From the NCBI GenBank assembly GCA_963735865.1, contig CAVTML010000002.1:1714917-1778916 (forward strand): DNA of 64,000 bases. Direction: 5' to 3'. The position numbers were made by a program, and so were the translations under genes. The notes under the pieces are model-generated. The model was not told the origin of the DNA and ran no database searches. It saw only the letters and a program-made list of their open reading frames with translations. Shown one piece after another: positions 1 through 8,225 of the stretch (the first letter of the stretch is position 1; each line of letters opens with the position of its first letter). Source of the stretch: an uncultured Chloroflexia bacterium. GTDB taxonomy: Bacteria > Chloroflexota > Limnocylindria > Limnocylindrales > CSP1-4.

Positions 1-531
1 GGTCGCCGCGTCGCCCTCGAGATCGACCAGGCCGTTGGCCACGGCAAGGGCCACGCCGGCCAGCAGCGCCAGGGCGGCCAGGATCGGGAAGCGCGGCGGC
101 AGGCCCGCACCTGCCCCGAGCCAGGCGAACGCCGGCACGAGCGGCAGGGCCAGCGCGTACGCCAGCCACGACCAGGCCGATCGCTTCAGGCGGAGGTCGT
201 AGGCCAGGCCAAGGCCGTAACCCAGGATCGCGACCAGCAGCACGGCCGGCCCGAACAGCGCGGCCACGCCCAGGCCGGCAAGGCCCCCGGCGACCGCCAA
301 GCCAATCGCCGTCCGCCCTTGGACGAGGCCCGCGGGGATCGGTTTGGCGGGCTTGGCCTGCCGGTCGGCCGGCGCGTCCACCACGTCGTTGGCCGACCCG
401 ATCGACGCCTGCAGGCAGAACATCGCCACCGCGAGGGTCGCGGCCGTCGCGGCGCCGCCCCCGGCCAGGATGACGAACGCCGCCGTCGCGCCGCCGTCGA
501 GCAGGCTCGGAAAGGGGTGGATGACGCGCAC
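1..531 (-). CDS. UbiA-family prenyltransferase (partial; 3-prime end runs off the left edge)
   Basis: Not in the ORF track because no stop lies in the window. Manual reverse-strand translation from GTG at 531 gives VRVIHPFPSLLDGGATAAFVILAG...GSANDVVDAPADRQAKPAKPIPAG...GLAYDLRLKRSAWSW. This carries the NDxxDxxxD motif and a hydrophobic multi-TM profile typical of UbiA prenyltransferases. Exact start is uncertain. Confidence 0.65.
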   Translation of the reverse strand, partial: MRVIHPFPSLLDGGATAAFVILAGGGAATAATLAVAMFCLQASIGSANDVVDAPADRQAKPAKPIPAGLVQGRTAIGLAVAGGLAGLGVAALFGPAVLLVAILGYGLGLAYDLRLKRSAWSWLAYALALPLVPAFAWLGAGAGLPPRFPILAALALLAGVALAVANGLVDLEGDAAT

Positions 532-586
532 CGCGCGAAGCCATCGCCGGGGAGCCTGTCGGCTCGACGGGCGGCTGACGCCGTGA

Positions 587-952
587 TCAGGTGTAGACGA
601 GCTCGTTGAAGTTTTCGACCAGGTAGTCGATAAGACGCCCGCGCGCGTCCTTGACCTGCGCCCGCAGGCCGGGCACCAGGCAGTGCAGCGTGATGGCCGG
701 CACCATCATCTCGCCCTCGTCCGTGCGACCCACGGTCGCCGGCGGTCCCCCACCTGCGGCGTAGACCCGCTCGAGCTCGCGGTCGCTCAATCCGGTCGCT
801 TTGCGGAAGTCGGCCAGGACCCGCCGGACCCCCCGGCTGATGGACACGTCGCGCATCAGCTCGATGGCCCAGGCGTCGACCTGCGCGTCGGGCTGGCCAT
901 CCAGCCGGCGGCGGTACTCCTGCGGGTCGGGCGACAGGCCGGTCTCGCTCAT
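587..952 (-). CDS. hypothetical protein (121 aa)
   Basis: ORF 587..952 (-) is GC3-rich with an ATG start. It lies directly upstream of, and co-directional with, the UbiA-like gene. No family recognised. Confidence 0.45.
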   Translation of the reverse strand: MSETGLSPDPQEYRRRLDGQPDAQVDAWAIELMRDVSISRGVRRVLADFRKATGLSDRELERVYAAGGGPPATVGRTDEGEMMVPAITLHCLVPGLRAQVKDARGRLIDYLVENFNELVYT

Positions 953-976
953 GCGGTCATGGTAGCCAGCGCCGGG

Positions 977-1450
977 TCACGCGGGATCGCCGGCCGGGGG
1001 CGTCCCCGAGCCCAGCAGGCCGCTCACGTGGTCCGAGGGCATGCGGCCGTCGATACGGGCGAAGAGGTGGGCGATCCAGGCCGTGATGCCGTCAGCGGCA
1101 TCATCCACGCCCTGGAGGACGGTCCCCTCCACCTGCACCATGACGTAGCGGTGACCGTGGTGGGCCTCCACGTTCAGGTCGCCGATCGTCACGCGGTTCC
1201 AGCGGATGAGTTTGGCGGTGGCGCGCGGGCCTTCCTGCGGCACGTTGACGCGGACGTTGCAGACGCCCAGGCCTGCGTCCGTCGCGGCGAGGATGGTGTA
1301 GCGCACGCCGGGATCGTCGCCCCACACGACGTACGCCACGGGATTGCGGATCGCCCCCACGCCGCGCAGGGCCGGCTCGTAGGCCGCCGCCACCTTGGCG
1401 GTCATGACCTTGGCGCCCTGGGTCGTCTTCTGCCACTCGCTCAGCCGCAT
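977..1450 (-). CDS. hypothetical protein (157 aa)
   Basis: This is the C-terminal part of ORF 977..2053 (-), starting at internal ATG 1450 (MRLSEWQKTT...). The longer 358-aa version would overlap the well-supported + strand gene 1484..2416, and its N-terminal part is low-complexity Arg/Ala/Gly. No family recognised. Confidence 0.45.
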   Translation of the reverse strand: MRLSEWQKTTQGAKVMTAKVAAAYEPALRGVGAIRNPVAYVVWGDDPGVRYTILAATDAGLGVCNVRVNVPQEGPRATAKLIRWNRVTIGDLNVEAHHGHRYVMVQVEGTVLQGVDDAADGITAWIAHLFARIDGRMPSDHVSGLLGSGTPPAGDPA

Positions 1451-1483
1451 CGGAAGGAGCCTATCACGGGCTATGCTGGCGTC

Positions 1484-2416
1484 ATGCAGGTGGATCGGAG
1501 CCGCTTCGGCTGGGGGCTCTTCCTCGTCCTGCTGGGGCTGGTGCCGCTCGGCGTGGCGGCCAACGTCCTCGATGGCAGCACCGTCCGCCAGGCCTGGCAG
1601 CTGTGGCCGCTCGTCCTGATCGGCGTGGGCGTGGGCCTCCTCATCGGCCGTGCACGGGGCGCCCTCGTGAGCACGCTCATCGTCTCCATCTCGCTGGGGC
1701 TCGCCGCGGGCGGCCTCCTCGCGGGGGCGGGCGGCGGCGTCCTGGCCGGCGGCGCCTGCTCGTCGCGCAGCACCGGCGGCACCGGCCACAGGGGCACCCT
1801 CACGAGCGGCACGACCGTCACCATCCAGGGCGGCTGCGGCGACCTCCATGTCACCGCTCAGCCGGGTGCCACCTGGGATACCGGCGAGGACCCCACGGTG
1901 GTGGCCGGCGGCGAGAGCCTCACGATCAGCGCCCGTGGCGACATCTTCCACGACCGGAACACCCTTTCGGTGGCCCTGCCCATCGACCCGCAGCTGGACC
2001 TCCACCTGAAGTCCGGCTTCGGCGACCTGTCGGTCGCCCTGCCGGGAGCCCATCTGAGCGGCCTGCAGGCCGATGTCTCGTTAGGCAGCGGCGTCCTCGA
2101 CCTGACCGGGGCGACCCTCAGCGGCACGCTCGACGGGAGCTTCAGCTTCGGCTCCGGCACGGTCATCCTGCCGGGGGGGTCCTACGGCGGGAGCCTCTCG
2201 TCCAGCTTCGGCAGCCTCGACGTGTGCGCCCCGCCCGGCGTCGCGGTCCACGTCACGGCCCACTCGGGCCTTGGCTCGGTCGACGTCGGCGAAGGGTTCG
2301 ACAGGGTCGGTGACGGGTGGCAGACCGCCGACTACGCCACGGCCACCCAACGCGCCGACCTGCACCTGTCCACGTCGTTCGGCTCGCTCAGCATCACACG
2401 AGGTACCTGCGGATGA
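1484..2416 (+). CDS. LiaF-like / DUF4097-type membrane protein (cell-envelope stress-associated family)
   Basis: Internal ATG 1484 of ORF 683..2416. The N-terminus has TM helices (GWGLFLVLLGLVPLGVAANV..., WPLVLIGVGVGLLIG). The C-terminal part is a repetitive beta-rich region (DLHLKSGFGDLSVALPG, ADVSLGSGVLDLTGA, SFSFGSGTVILPG, STSFGSLSITR), as in LiaF C-terminal / putative adhesin domains. Confidence 0.65.
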   Translation: MQVDRSRFGWGLFLVLLGLVPLGVAANVLDGSTVRQAWQLWPLVLIGVGVGLLIGRARGALVSTLIVSISLGLAAGGLLAGAGGGVLAGGACSSRSTGGTGHRGTLTSGTTVTIQGGCGDLHVTAQPGATWDTGEDPTVVAGGESLTISARGDIFHDRNTLSVALPIDPQLDLHLKSGFGDLSVALPGAHLSGLQADVSLGSGVLDLTGATLSGTLDGSFSFGSGTVILPGGSYGGSLSSSFGSLDVCAPPGVAVHVTAHSGLGSVDVGEGFDRVGDGWQTADYATATQRADLHLSTSFGSLSITRGTCG

Positions 2417-2718
2417 CCAGCCCGAACACCCCTCCCCCGGCCGACCCGGCCGCCCCGGCCCAGGGCCAGCAGCCGCTCCAGGGTCCGCCCGCCAGCCAGG
2501 CCGGCTGGCAGCCCGGGTGGCAGCCGGGCTGGCAGCAGCACCGTCACTACGACGAACGCCGCGGCGCGATCGTGGGCGGCCTCATCCTCGTGCTGCTGGG
2601 CCTGGCCTTCCTGGCCCAGGAGCTCGTGCCGGACCTGGACATCGGCCGCTTCTGGCCCGTCATCCTGGTCGTCATCGGCGCCGCGCTGATCCTCTCGTCC
2701 TTCCGCCGCTCGGCGTGA
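2413..2718 (+). CDS. small membrane protein with Pro/Gln-rich N-terminus (LiaI/LiaF-TM-like)
   Basis: ATG 2413 overlaps the upstream stop (ATGA). The sequence has a GWQPGWQPGWQQ repeat followed by two hydrophobic helices (GAIVGGLILVLLGLAFLA, FWPVILVVIGAALILSSF). Confidence 0.55.
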   Translation: MTSPNTPPPADPAAPAQGQQPLQGPPASQAGWQPGWQPGWQQHRHYDERRGAIVGGLILVLLGLAFLAQELVPDLDIGRFWPVILVVIGAALILSSFRRSA

Positions 2719-4382
2719 CCGCGGCCGCGACGGCCGGCCGGGCGCTCGTCGGCGCCCTGGTCGAGGGCGGCGTCCGGCACGCCTTCACCGTCCCGGGTGA
2801 ATCGTTCCTCGGCATCCTCGACGCCCTCCGCGACGCGCCGATCCGGACGGTCGCCACGCGGCACGAGGGCGGCGCCGCGTTCATGGCCGAGGGTTACGGC
2901 CAGCTGACCGGCCGGCCCGCCGTCTGCCTCGCCACCCGCGCGGTCGGCGCCGCGAACCTGGCCATCGGCCTCCACACGGCCACGGCGAACTCCACGCCGC
3001 TGCTGGCCGTCATCGGCCAGGTACCCAGGGCCTTCCGCGGGCGCGAGTCGTTCCAGGAGGTCGACCAGGTGGCGACGTTCGGGCGCCTCTGCAAGGCGGC
3101 CGTCCAGGTCGACGACCCCGGCCGCCTGGCCGCCGAGACGGCCCGCCTCTTGGCCGTCAGCCGCAGCGGCCGGCCAGGGCCGGTCCTGCTCGCGGTGCCC
3201 GAGGACGTCGTCGAGGCGGAGGCGCCTGCCGCCGCCCCGGACGCCGCACCCCTTGAGGCGCCCATCCTTGCGCCGCGCCCGGCGACGATCCGCCGGGTCC
3301 TTGGCGAGCTCGCCGCGGCGTCCGCGCCGCTGATCGTGGCCGGCGCCGGTGTCCTGCGCGCAGGGGCGATGGAGGCCCTGGTCGCCTTCGTCGAGCGCTA
3401 CTCGGTCCCGGTGGTGGCCAGCTGGCGGCGGCCGGACGTCATGCCGAACGAACATCCGTTCTATATCGGCATGACCGGGCTGGGCTCACCCCCGACCGTG
3501 CAGGAGCGCCTCGCGGACGCCGACGTCGTGCTGGCACTGGGGACGCGGCTGAATCAGATGACGACCTTCGGCTACACCCTGCCGGCCGCCGGCACGCGCC
3601 TCATCCAGGTGGACGTCGCCCCCGGCTTCGCCGGCGACCGCCGCCCGCCGGACCTGGCGGTCACCGCCGATACCCGGCGCTTCCTGGAGGCCGCGCTGGC
3701 CCTCCCGGACGCCCCCCTCCCCGATGCGGCGGCCCTCGCCGGTCGCCGTGCCGCCATTGCCGCGGATCGCGCCGCCTACCTCGCCGCGACGACCCTCCGC
3801 GGGCGGCCGTCCGGCACGGACGAGCGCCTGGTCGACCCGGCCGTCGCCGTGCAGGCCCTGGCCGCGGCGCTGCCCCGCGACGCGGTCGTGACCACCGACG
3901 CCGGCAACTTCGCCGCCTGGTACGCCCGCGGCCTGCGCTTCGCCGCCGGACAGCGCTTCCTCGGCCCCACCTCCGGGGCGATGGGCTACGCCCTGCCGGC
4001 GGCCATCGGCGCGAGCGTCGCCGAACCGGGCCGCCCGGTCGTGGCCCTGGCCGGCGACGGCGGCTTCGCCATGCTCATGGCCGAGCTGGAGACGGCCGTG
4101 CGGGCGGGCGCCAAGGTGACCGCCCTCGTCCACGACAACCGGCGGTACGGGACGATCCGCATGGACCAGGAACGCGCCTTCCCCGGCCGCGTCATCGCCA
4201 CCGAGCTGGGTCCGCTCGACTTCGCCGCCGTGGCCGAAGCCTGCGGAGCGCGCGCGTGGCGGGTGGAACGCGACGCGGACGTCGCCTCGGCCATCGAGGC
4301 GGCCCTGGCCGACCCGGGCGTGACGCTGGTCCACCTGCGGACCGACCCGCGCCGCCTGTCGGTCGACCGTGACCTGGCCTGA
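2715..4382 (+). CDS. thiamine-pyrophosphate-dependent enzyme (acetolactate synthase large-subunit-like)
   Basis: GTG 2715 overlaps the upstream stop (GTGA) and is in frame with ORF 2271..4382. The N-terminus is ALVGALVEGGVRHAFTVPGESFLGILDAL...RHEGGAAFMAEGYGQLTGRPAVC. The TPP-binding region is GAMGYALPAAIGA...LAGDGGFAMLMAELETAVR. Confidence 0.85.
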   Translation: MTAAATAGRALVGALVEGGVRHAFTVPGESFLGILDALRDAPIRTVATRHEGGAAFMAEGYGQLTGRPAVCLATRAVGAANLAIGLHTATANSTPLLAVIGQVPRAFRGRESFQEVDQVATFGRLCKAAVQVDDPGRLAAETARLLAVSRSGRPGPVLLAVPEDVVEAEAPAAAPDAAPLEAPILAPRPATIRRVLGELAAASAPLIVAGAGVLRAGAMEALVAFVERYSVPVVASWRRPDVMPNEHPFYIGMTGLGSPPTVQERLADADVVLALGTRLNQMTTFGYTLPAAGTRLIQVDVAPGFAGDRRPPDLAVTADTRRFLEAALALPDAPLPDAAALAGRRAAIAADRAAYLAATTLRGRPSGTDERLVDPAVAVQALAAALPRDAVVTTDAGNFAAWYARGLRFAAGQRFLGPTSGAMGYALPAAIGASVAEPGRPVVALAGDGGFAMLMAELETAVRAGAKVTALVHDNRRYGTIRMDQERAFPGRVIATELGPLDFAAVAEACGARAWRVERDADVASAIEAALADPGVTLVHLRTDPRRLSVDRDLA

Positions 4383-4404
4383 CGACTCCGCTACGATCGG
4401 CGGC

Positions 4405-5751
4405 GTGACCAGCGGTCGTGTCTTCCGGCGCGTGCTCGACCGCGAGCCGCCCGTCGCCGTGCGGGCCGAGGGCAGCACGATCTGGGATGCCGACGGCCGC
4501 TCGTACCTGGATGCCGCCGGCGGGGCCATCGTGGTGGGCATCGGCCACGGCCGCGAGTCGGTCGCCCGCGTGATGGCCGAGCAGGCCGGGCGCCTCGCAT
4601 ACGCCCATGGCACGGCCTTTACGAGCGAGCCGCTGGAGGCGTACGCGGCGGAGGTCGGGCCCCATCTGCCGATGCGCGACCCGGCCATCTACCCCGTGAG
4701 CGGTGGCTCCGAGGCGATGGAGACGGCGCTCAAGATGGCCCGCGCCTACCACATCGCGCGCGGCCAGCCGGACCGCTGGGTGGTCATCGCCCGCTGGGGC
4801 AGCTATCACGGCAACACCCTGGGGGCACTCGACCTGTCCGGGCGCAAGCCGCTGCGGCGCCCGTACGAGGGCTGGCTGGGGCGGTTCCAGCACGTCAGCG
4901 CCGCCTACCCCTACCGGGCCGGCGACCCGGACGCCCGGGCGCTCGGCACGGCGGACGCTGCGGCTGCCGAACTCGACGCGATCCTGGAGCGAGCCGAGCC
5001 CGGCACCGTCGCCGCCTTCGTGGCCGAGCCGATCGTGGGCGCCACGCTCGGCGCGGTCGAGCCGCCGTCCGGCTACTGGCCCGCCATCGCCGAGGTCTGC
5101 CGCCGCCACGGCGTGCTGCTGGTGGCCGACGAGGTCATGACCGGCTTCGGCCGCACCGGCCACTGGTTCGCCATGGAGCAGTTCGGCGTCCAACCGGACA
5201 TCCTGGTGGCCGCCAAGGGCGCCACGTCGGGCTACGCGCCGTTCGGCTTCGCGGCCGCCAGCGGCGAGGTCTTCGAGACGATCCAGGCCAGCGGCGCGTT
5301 CACCCACGGCTTCACCTTCAGCCACAGCCCGGTCGGGGCGGCCGTGGCCCGCGAGGTCCTGCGGATCCTCCAGGACGAGCGGCTGGTGGAAGCCAGTGCG
5401 GCCAAGGGCAGCCACCTGCTGGGCCTGCTCCACGAGCGCCTGGGCGGCCATCCCCACGTCGGTGACATCCGCGGGACGGGCCTCTTCGCCGCCCTCGAGC
5501 TGGTGGCCGATCGGGCCACCCGCGCCCCGTTCCCCCGATCCCAGCGGCTGGCCGAGCGGGTGCTCGCCGCGGCGCGTGAGCGCGGCCTGTTGCTGTACTC
5601 GGGCACCGGCATGGCCGACGGCACCGCGGGCGACGCCGTGCTGCTTGGCCCGCCCTTCGTGATCACCCGCGACGAGCTGGAGGCCGTCGTCGATCGCCTC
5701 GCAGAAGCACTCAAGGCCGCGGTGACCGCCACCGTCGCAGCAGCCGTCTGA
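4405..5751 (+). CDS. class III (omega) aminotransferase, PLP-dependent
   Basis: ORF 4369..5751; GTG 4405 is the likelier start. Motifs: DADGRSYLDAAGGAIVVGIGHG, SGGSEAMETALKMAR, ADEVMTGFGRTGHWFA, VAAKGATSGYAPFG. Confidence 0.85.
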   Translation: MTSGRVFRRVLDREPPVAVRAEGSTIWDADGRSYLDAAGGAIVVGIGHGRESVARVMAEQAGRLAYAHGTAFTSEPLEAYAAEVGPHLPMRDPAIYPVSGGSEAMETALKMARAYHIARGQPDRWVVIARWGSYHGNTLGALDLSGRKPLRRPYEGWLGRFQHVSAAYPYRAGDPDARALGTADAAAAELDAILERAEPGTVAAFVAEPIVGATLGAVEPPSGYWPAIAEVCRRHGVLLVADEVMTGFGRTGHWFAMEQFGVQPDILVAAKGATSGYAPFGFAAASGEVFETIQASGAFTHGFTFSHSPVGAAVAREVLRILQDERLVEASAAKGSHLLGLLHERLGGHPHVGDIRGTGLFAALELVADRATRAPFPRSQRLAERVLAAARERGLLLYSGTGMADGTAGDAVLLGPPFVITRDELEAVVDRLAEALKAAVTATVAAAV

Positions 5752-5765
5752 GAGGAGCCGCCGCC

Positions 5766-6545
5766 GTGTGCTACGAACCGACCGACCGACCGCCCATCGC
5801 GCCCATGGCCGGCGGCAGTGTGGAGACCGAAGAGCTGGAGCTCGTGGCCGGCGACGGCAACCACCTGGCCGCGTTCGCCGCCCGCACCGGCGACCGGCCC
5901 TCACCGCACGCTGTGCTCATCCTGCCTGACGTGCGCGGTCTGCATCCCTTCTATGTGTCTCTCGCCGAGCGCTTCGCGGAGGCCGGCGTCGACGCCCTGG
6001 CAATCGACTACTTCGGGCGCACAGCGGGTGTGGGGCGCCGGGAGGACGACTTCCCCTACATGGAGCACCGCGAACAGACGACCTGGCCCGGCCTCTCGGC
6101 CGACATCGAGGCGGGCGGGCGGGCGCTGGCGACGGGGGGCCGGCCCGTCTTCACGGTCGGCTTCTGCTTCGGCGGGCGGCTCAGCTTCCTCTCGGGCGGG
6201 CTGCGTGAGCCAGCCTTCGCCGGCGTCATCGGCTTCTACGGGGTCCTCTTCACGAACCCCCGGATGGCCCTCCCGGCCCCCATCGAGGCCGTCGGCGGCT
6301 TCGGCTGTCCCGTCCTGGGCCTCTTCGGTGGCGCCGACCAGGCCATCCCCGGCGATCAGATCCAGGCCTTCGACACCGCCCTGACGTCGGCCGGCGTAGC
6401 CCACGAGCTGGTCACCTACCCGGACGCGCCCCACAGCTTCTTCGACCGCAAGGCGACCGAATACGCGGCGGCGTCGGCCGACGCCTGGCGCCGCGTGCTG
6501 GCCTTCGTGGGCGCGCCCGCGGCCGGCTCCGAGGGCCGGGCCTGA
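5766..6545 (+). CDS. dienelactone hydrolase family protein
   Basis: ORF 5766..6545. Motifs: ILPDVRGLHPFYVSLAERFAEAGVDALAIDYFGR, GFCFGGRLSF, PVLGLFGGADQAIP, YPDAPHSFFD. Confidence 0.8.
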   Translation: MCYEPTDRPPIAPMAGGSVETEELELVAGDGNHLAAFAARTGDRPSPHAVLILPDVRGLHPFYVSLAERFAEAGVDALAIDYFGRTAGVGRREDDFPYMEHREQTTWPGLSADIEAGGRALATGGRPVFTVGFCFGGRLSFLSGGLREPAFAGVIGFYGVLFTNPRMALPAPIEAVGGFGCPVLGLFGGADQAIPGDQIQAFDTALTSAGVAHELVTYPDAPHSFFDRKATEYAAASADAWRRVLAFVGAPAAGSEGRA

Positions 6546-7645
6546 TGGCCATCGGCGGGCTCGAGTTGGAGCTGGCGGCCGGCGCCCTCGTCGGCCTGGG
6601 GGCGGGCGGATGGCTGCTGGTCCGCGGCCTCCTGGCGTGGCGCGACATCGAGGCCGTCGATGACATCGGCACCTCGTCGGTCAGCTCACTGGCGGCCGGT
6701 GAGGCGCGCCTGGCCGGCACGATCCAGCCGCTGGCGCTGACCCTGCGCTCGCCGCTGCAGAGCGTGGAGTGCCTCTACTACCGCTCGCGCGTGCGGCAGG
6801 ACCAGGGCCGCAACGAGCGGCGCACCATCTTCTCCGCCGAGCGCGCCGTGGGCTTCACCCTTACTGACGGCAGCGGCACGATCAAGGTCCTGCCGCGGGG
6901 CGCCACGTGGCGCGTGCCGGACGTGTGGCAGGAGAACAGCAGCATGCTTGGCGACGACCCCATCGGCCTCGACATCGGGGCCGGCGCGACGATGGCCTCG
7001 GCCCTCACGCCGGCCCAGCAGACCGAGGCGCTGCTGACCGTCCATCCGCCGGATCCCTCGGCCGACGAGGCCCTGCTGGGCGGCGGGGGCGGGCTGCTCG
7101 GCGGTGCGGTCGGCGGCCTCATGGGCGGCCGGCGCTACTACGAGGAGGCCCGGCTGGCGGTGGGCGACACCGTGACGATCGTGGGCACGGCCCTCCCCTA
7201 CCGCGACGTGGCCGACCCTGCGACCGCCGACCGCTACGATCCGGACGTCGCGCTGGCCGACCCCGAGATCGCCGCCGACCTCGCCGCGGCCCAGGCGAGC
7301 GGCCATCTCGAGACGGACCCCGCCAGGGCCTGGGGCAACGCCGCGATCCCCGGCTTCGGCATCGGCCAGCCGACCCGCGCTCCGGTGCTCGATCCGGAGG
7401 CCGACCCCGAGACGGTCGTGGCCAACGCGCCCGCGGCCACCGCCGCGGCGACCGCGCTCTTCGAGATCCCCGACGACGTGCTGGTGCTGGCCTCCACCCC
7501 CGGATCGCCGCTGACCGTGTATGCCGGCACCCCGGAGGCCGCCACCACGACCGCCTCAGGCGGCATGCTGCAGGCAGGGCTCGGCGTCGGCGTGATGATC
7601 CTGGCGGCCATCGTGCTGGTCCTCGCCCTGGGGGTGCAGCCGTGA
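6545..7645 (+). CDS. GIDE-domain membrane protein (bacterial E3-ligase-like GIDE family)
   Basis: ORF 6545..7645. It has an N-terminal TM helix, then ARLAGTIQPLALTLRSPLQSVECLYYRSRV...FTLTDGSGTIKVLPRGA, as in GIDE proteins. A Gly-rich linker and a C-terminal TM helix follow. The start overlaps the upstream stop by 1 nt. Confidence 0.6.
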   Translation: MAIGGLELELAAGALVGLGAGGWLLVRGLLAWRDIEAVDDIGTSSVSSLAAGEARLAGTIQPLALTLRSPLQSVECLYYRSRVRQDQGRNERRTIFSAERAVGFTLTDGSGTIKVLPRGATWRVPDVWQENSSMLGDDPIGLDIGAGATMASALTPAQQTEALLTVHPPDPSADEALLGGGGGLLGGAVGGLMGGRRYYEEARLAVGDTVTIVGTALPYRDVADPATADRYDPDVALADPEIAADLAAAQASGHLETDPARAWGNAAIPGFGIGQPTRAPVLDPEADPETVVANAPAATAAATALFEIPDDVLVLASTPGSPLTVYAGTPEAATTTASGGMLQAGLGVGVMILAAIVLVLALGVQP

Positions 7646-8217
7646 ACGCCGCCGGCTTCGTCGTGGCGATCGTCCTCGCGGTCGTCGTCCTTGGACTCGC
7701 CTTCGTCGTGCTCAGCACGTACAACGAGATCGTGGGCCTGGCCCAGCGCATCGACAAGGCCTGGGCCAATATCGACGTCGCCCTCAAGCAGCGCTACGAC
7801 GAGCTGCCCAACCTGGTGCTGGCCGTCCGCGGCCTGATGGGCTTCGAGCAGAGCGTCCTGGAGCGGGTGACCCAGGCCCGCGCCGGCTACCGGCCGGACG
7901 CGCCGATCCCCCAGCAGGCGGTCACGTCGGAGCAGACGACCGGCGCGGTCAAGTCGCTCCTGGCCGTGGTCGAGCACTACCCCGACCTGACGGCGCACGA
8001 GAACGTCATGGCCCTGCAGGCCGAGATCGCCCGCCTGGAGGGCGTCATCGCCGACCGCCGCGAGCTCTACAACGACATGGTCTACCGCTACGACGCGCGC
8101 ATCCAGCAGGTGCCGGCCGTCCTCCTGGCCTCGCTCTTCGGCTGGAAGCCGCGGCCGTACTTCAAGGCCGACCCGTCCCAGACGGGCGTGCCCGACACGA
8201 CCCTGACCCCCGGCTGA
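7642..8217 (+). CDS. lemA: LemA family protein
   Basis: GTG 7642 overlaps the upstream stop (GTGA). An N-terminal TM helix is followed by YNEIVGLAQRIDKAWANIDVALKQRYDELPNLVLAVRG...YPDLTAHENVMALQAE...RRELYNDMVYRYD. Confidence 0.85.
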   Translation: MNAAGFVVAIVLAVVVLGLAFVVLSTYNEIVGLAQRIDKAWANIDVALKQRYDELPNLVLAVRGLMGFEQSVLERVTQARAGYRPDAPIPQQAVTSEQTTGAVKSLLAVVEHYPDLTAHENVMALQAEIARLEGVIADRRELYNDMVYRYDARIQQVPAVLLASLFGWKPRPYFKADPSQTGVPDTTLTPG

Positions 8218-8225
8218 GCGGATCG

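Noticed and set aside
683-1483. N-terminal extensions of real genes as listed in the track: 683..2416, 2271..4382, 6907..8217, 11099..12460, 16794..18050, 19836..21725, 37548..42668, 55453..57408 and 57472..59559.
   Set aside because: The extended parts are Arg/Pro/Gly-rich with no homology signal. They overlap the preceding gene. Internal starts give signal peptides, SD sequences or ATGA/GTGA coupling with the upstream stop.
4192-5904. Very long antisense or out-of-frame ORFs: 4192..5904 (-), 3486..4688 (-), 8855..10162 (-), 9456..11414 (-), 23966..25063 (-), 24861..26837 (-), 33413..35008 (+), 41019..42317 (-), 55966..57435 (-), 53567..55891 N-terminal part, and many others in the track.
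   Set aside because: These are shadow ORFs, typical of very GC-rich DNA. Their translations are low-complexity Arg/Gly/Ala/Pro strings with no family resemblance. They overlap ORFs on the other strand or frame that have clear domain motifs and GC3 bias.
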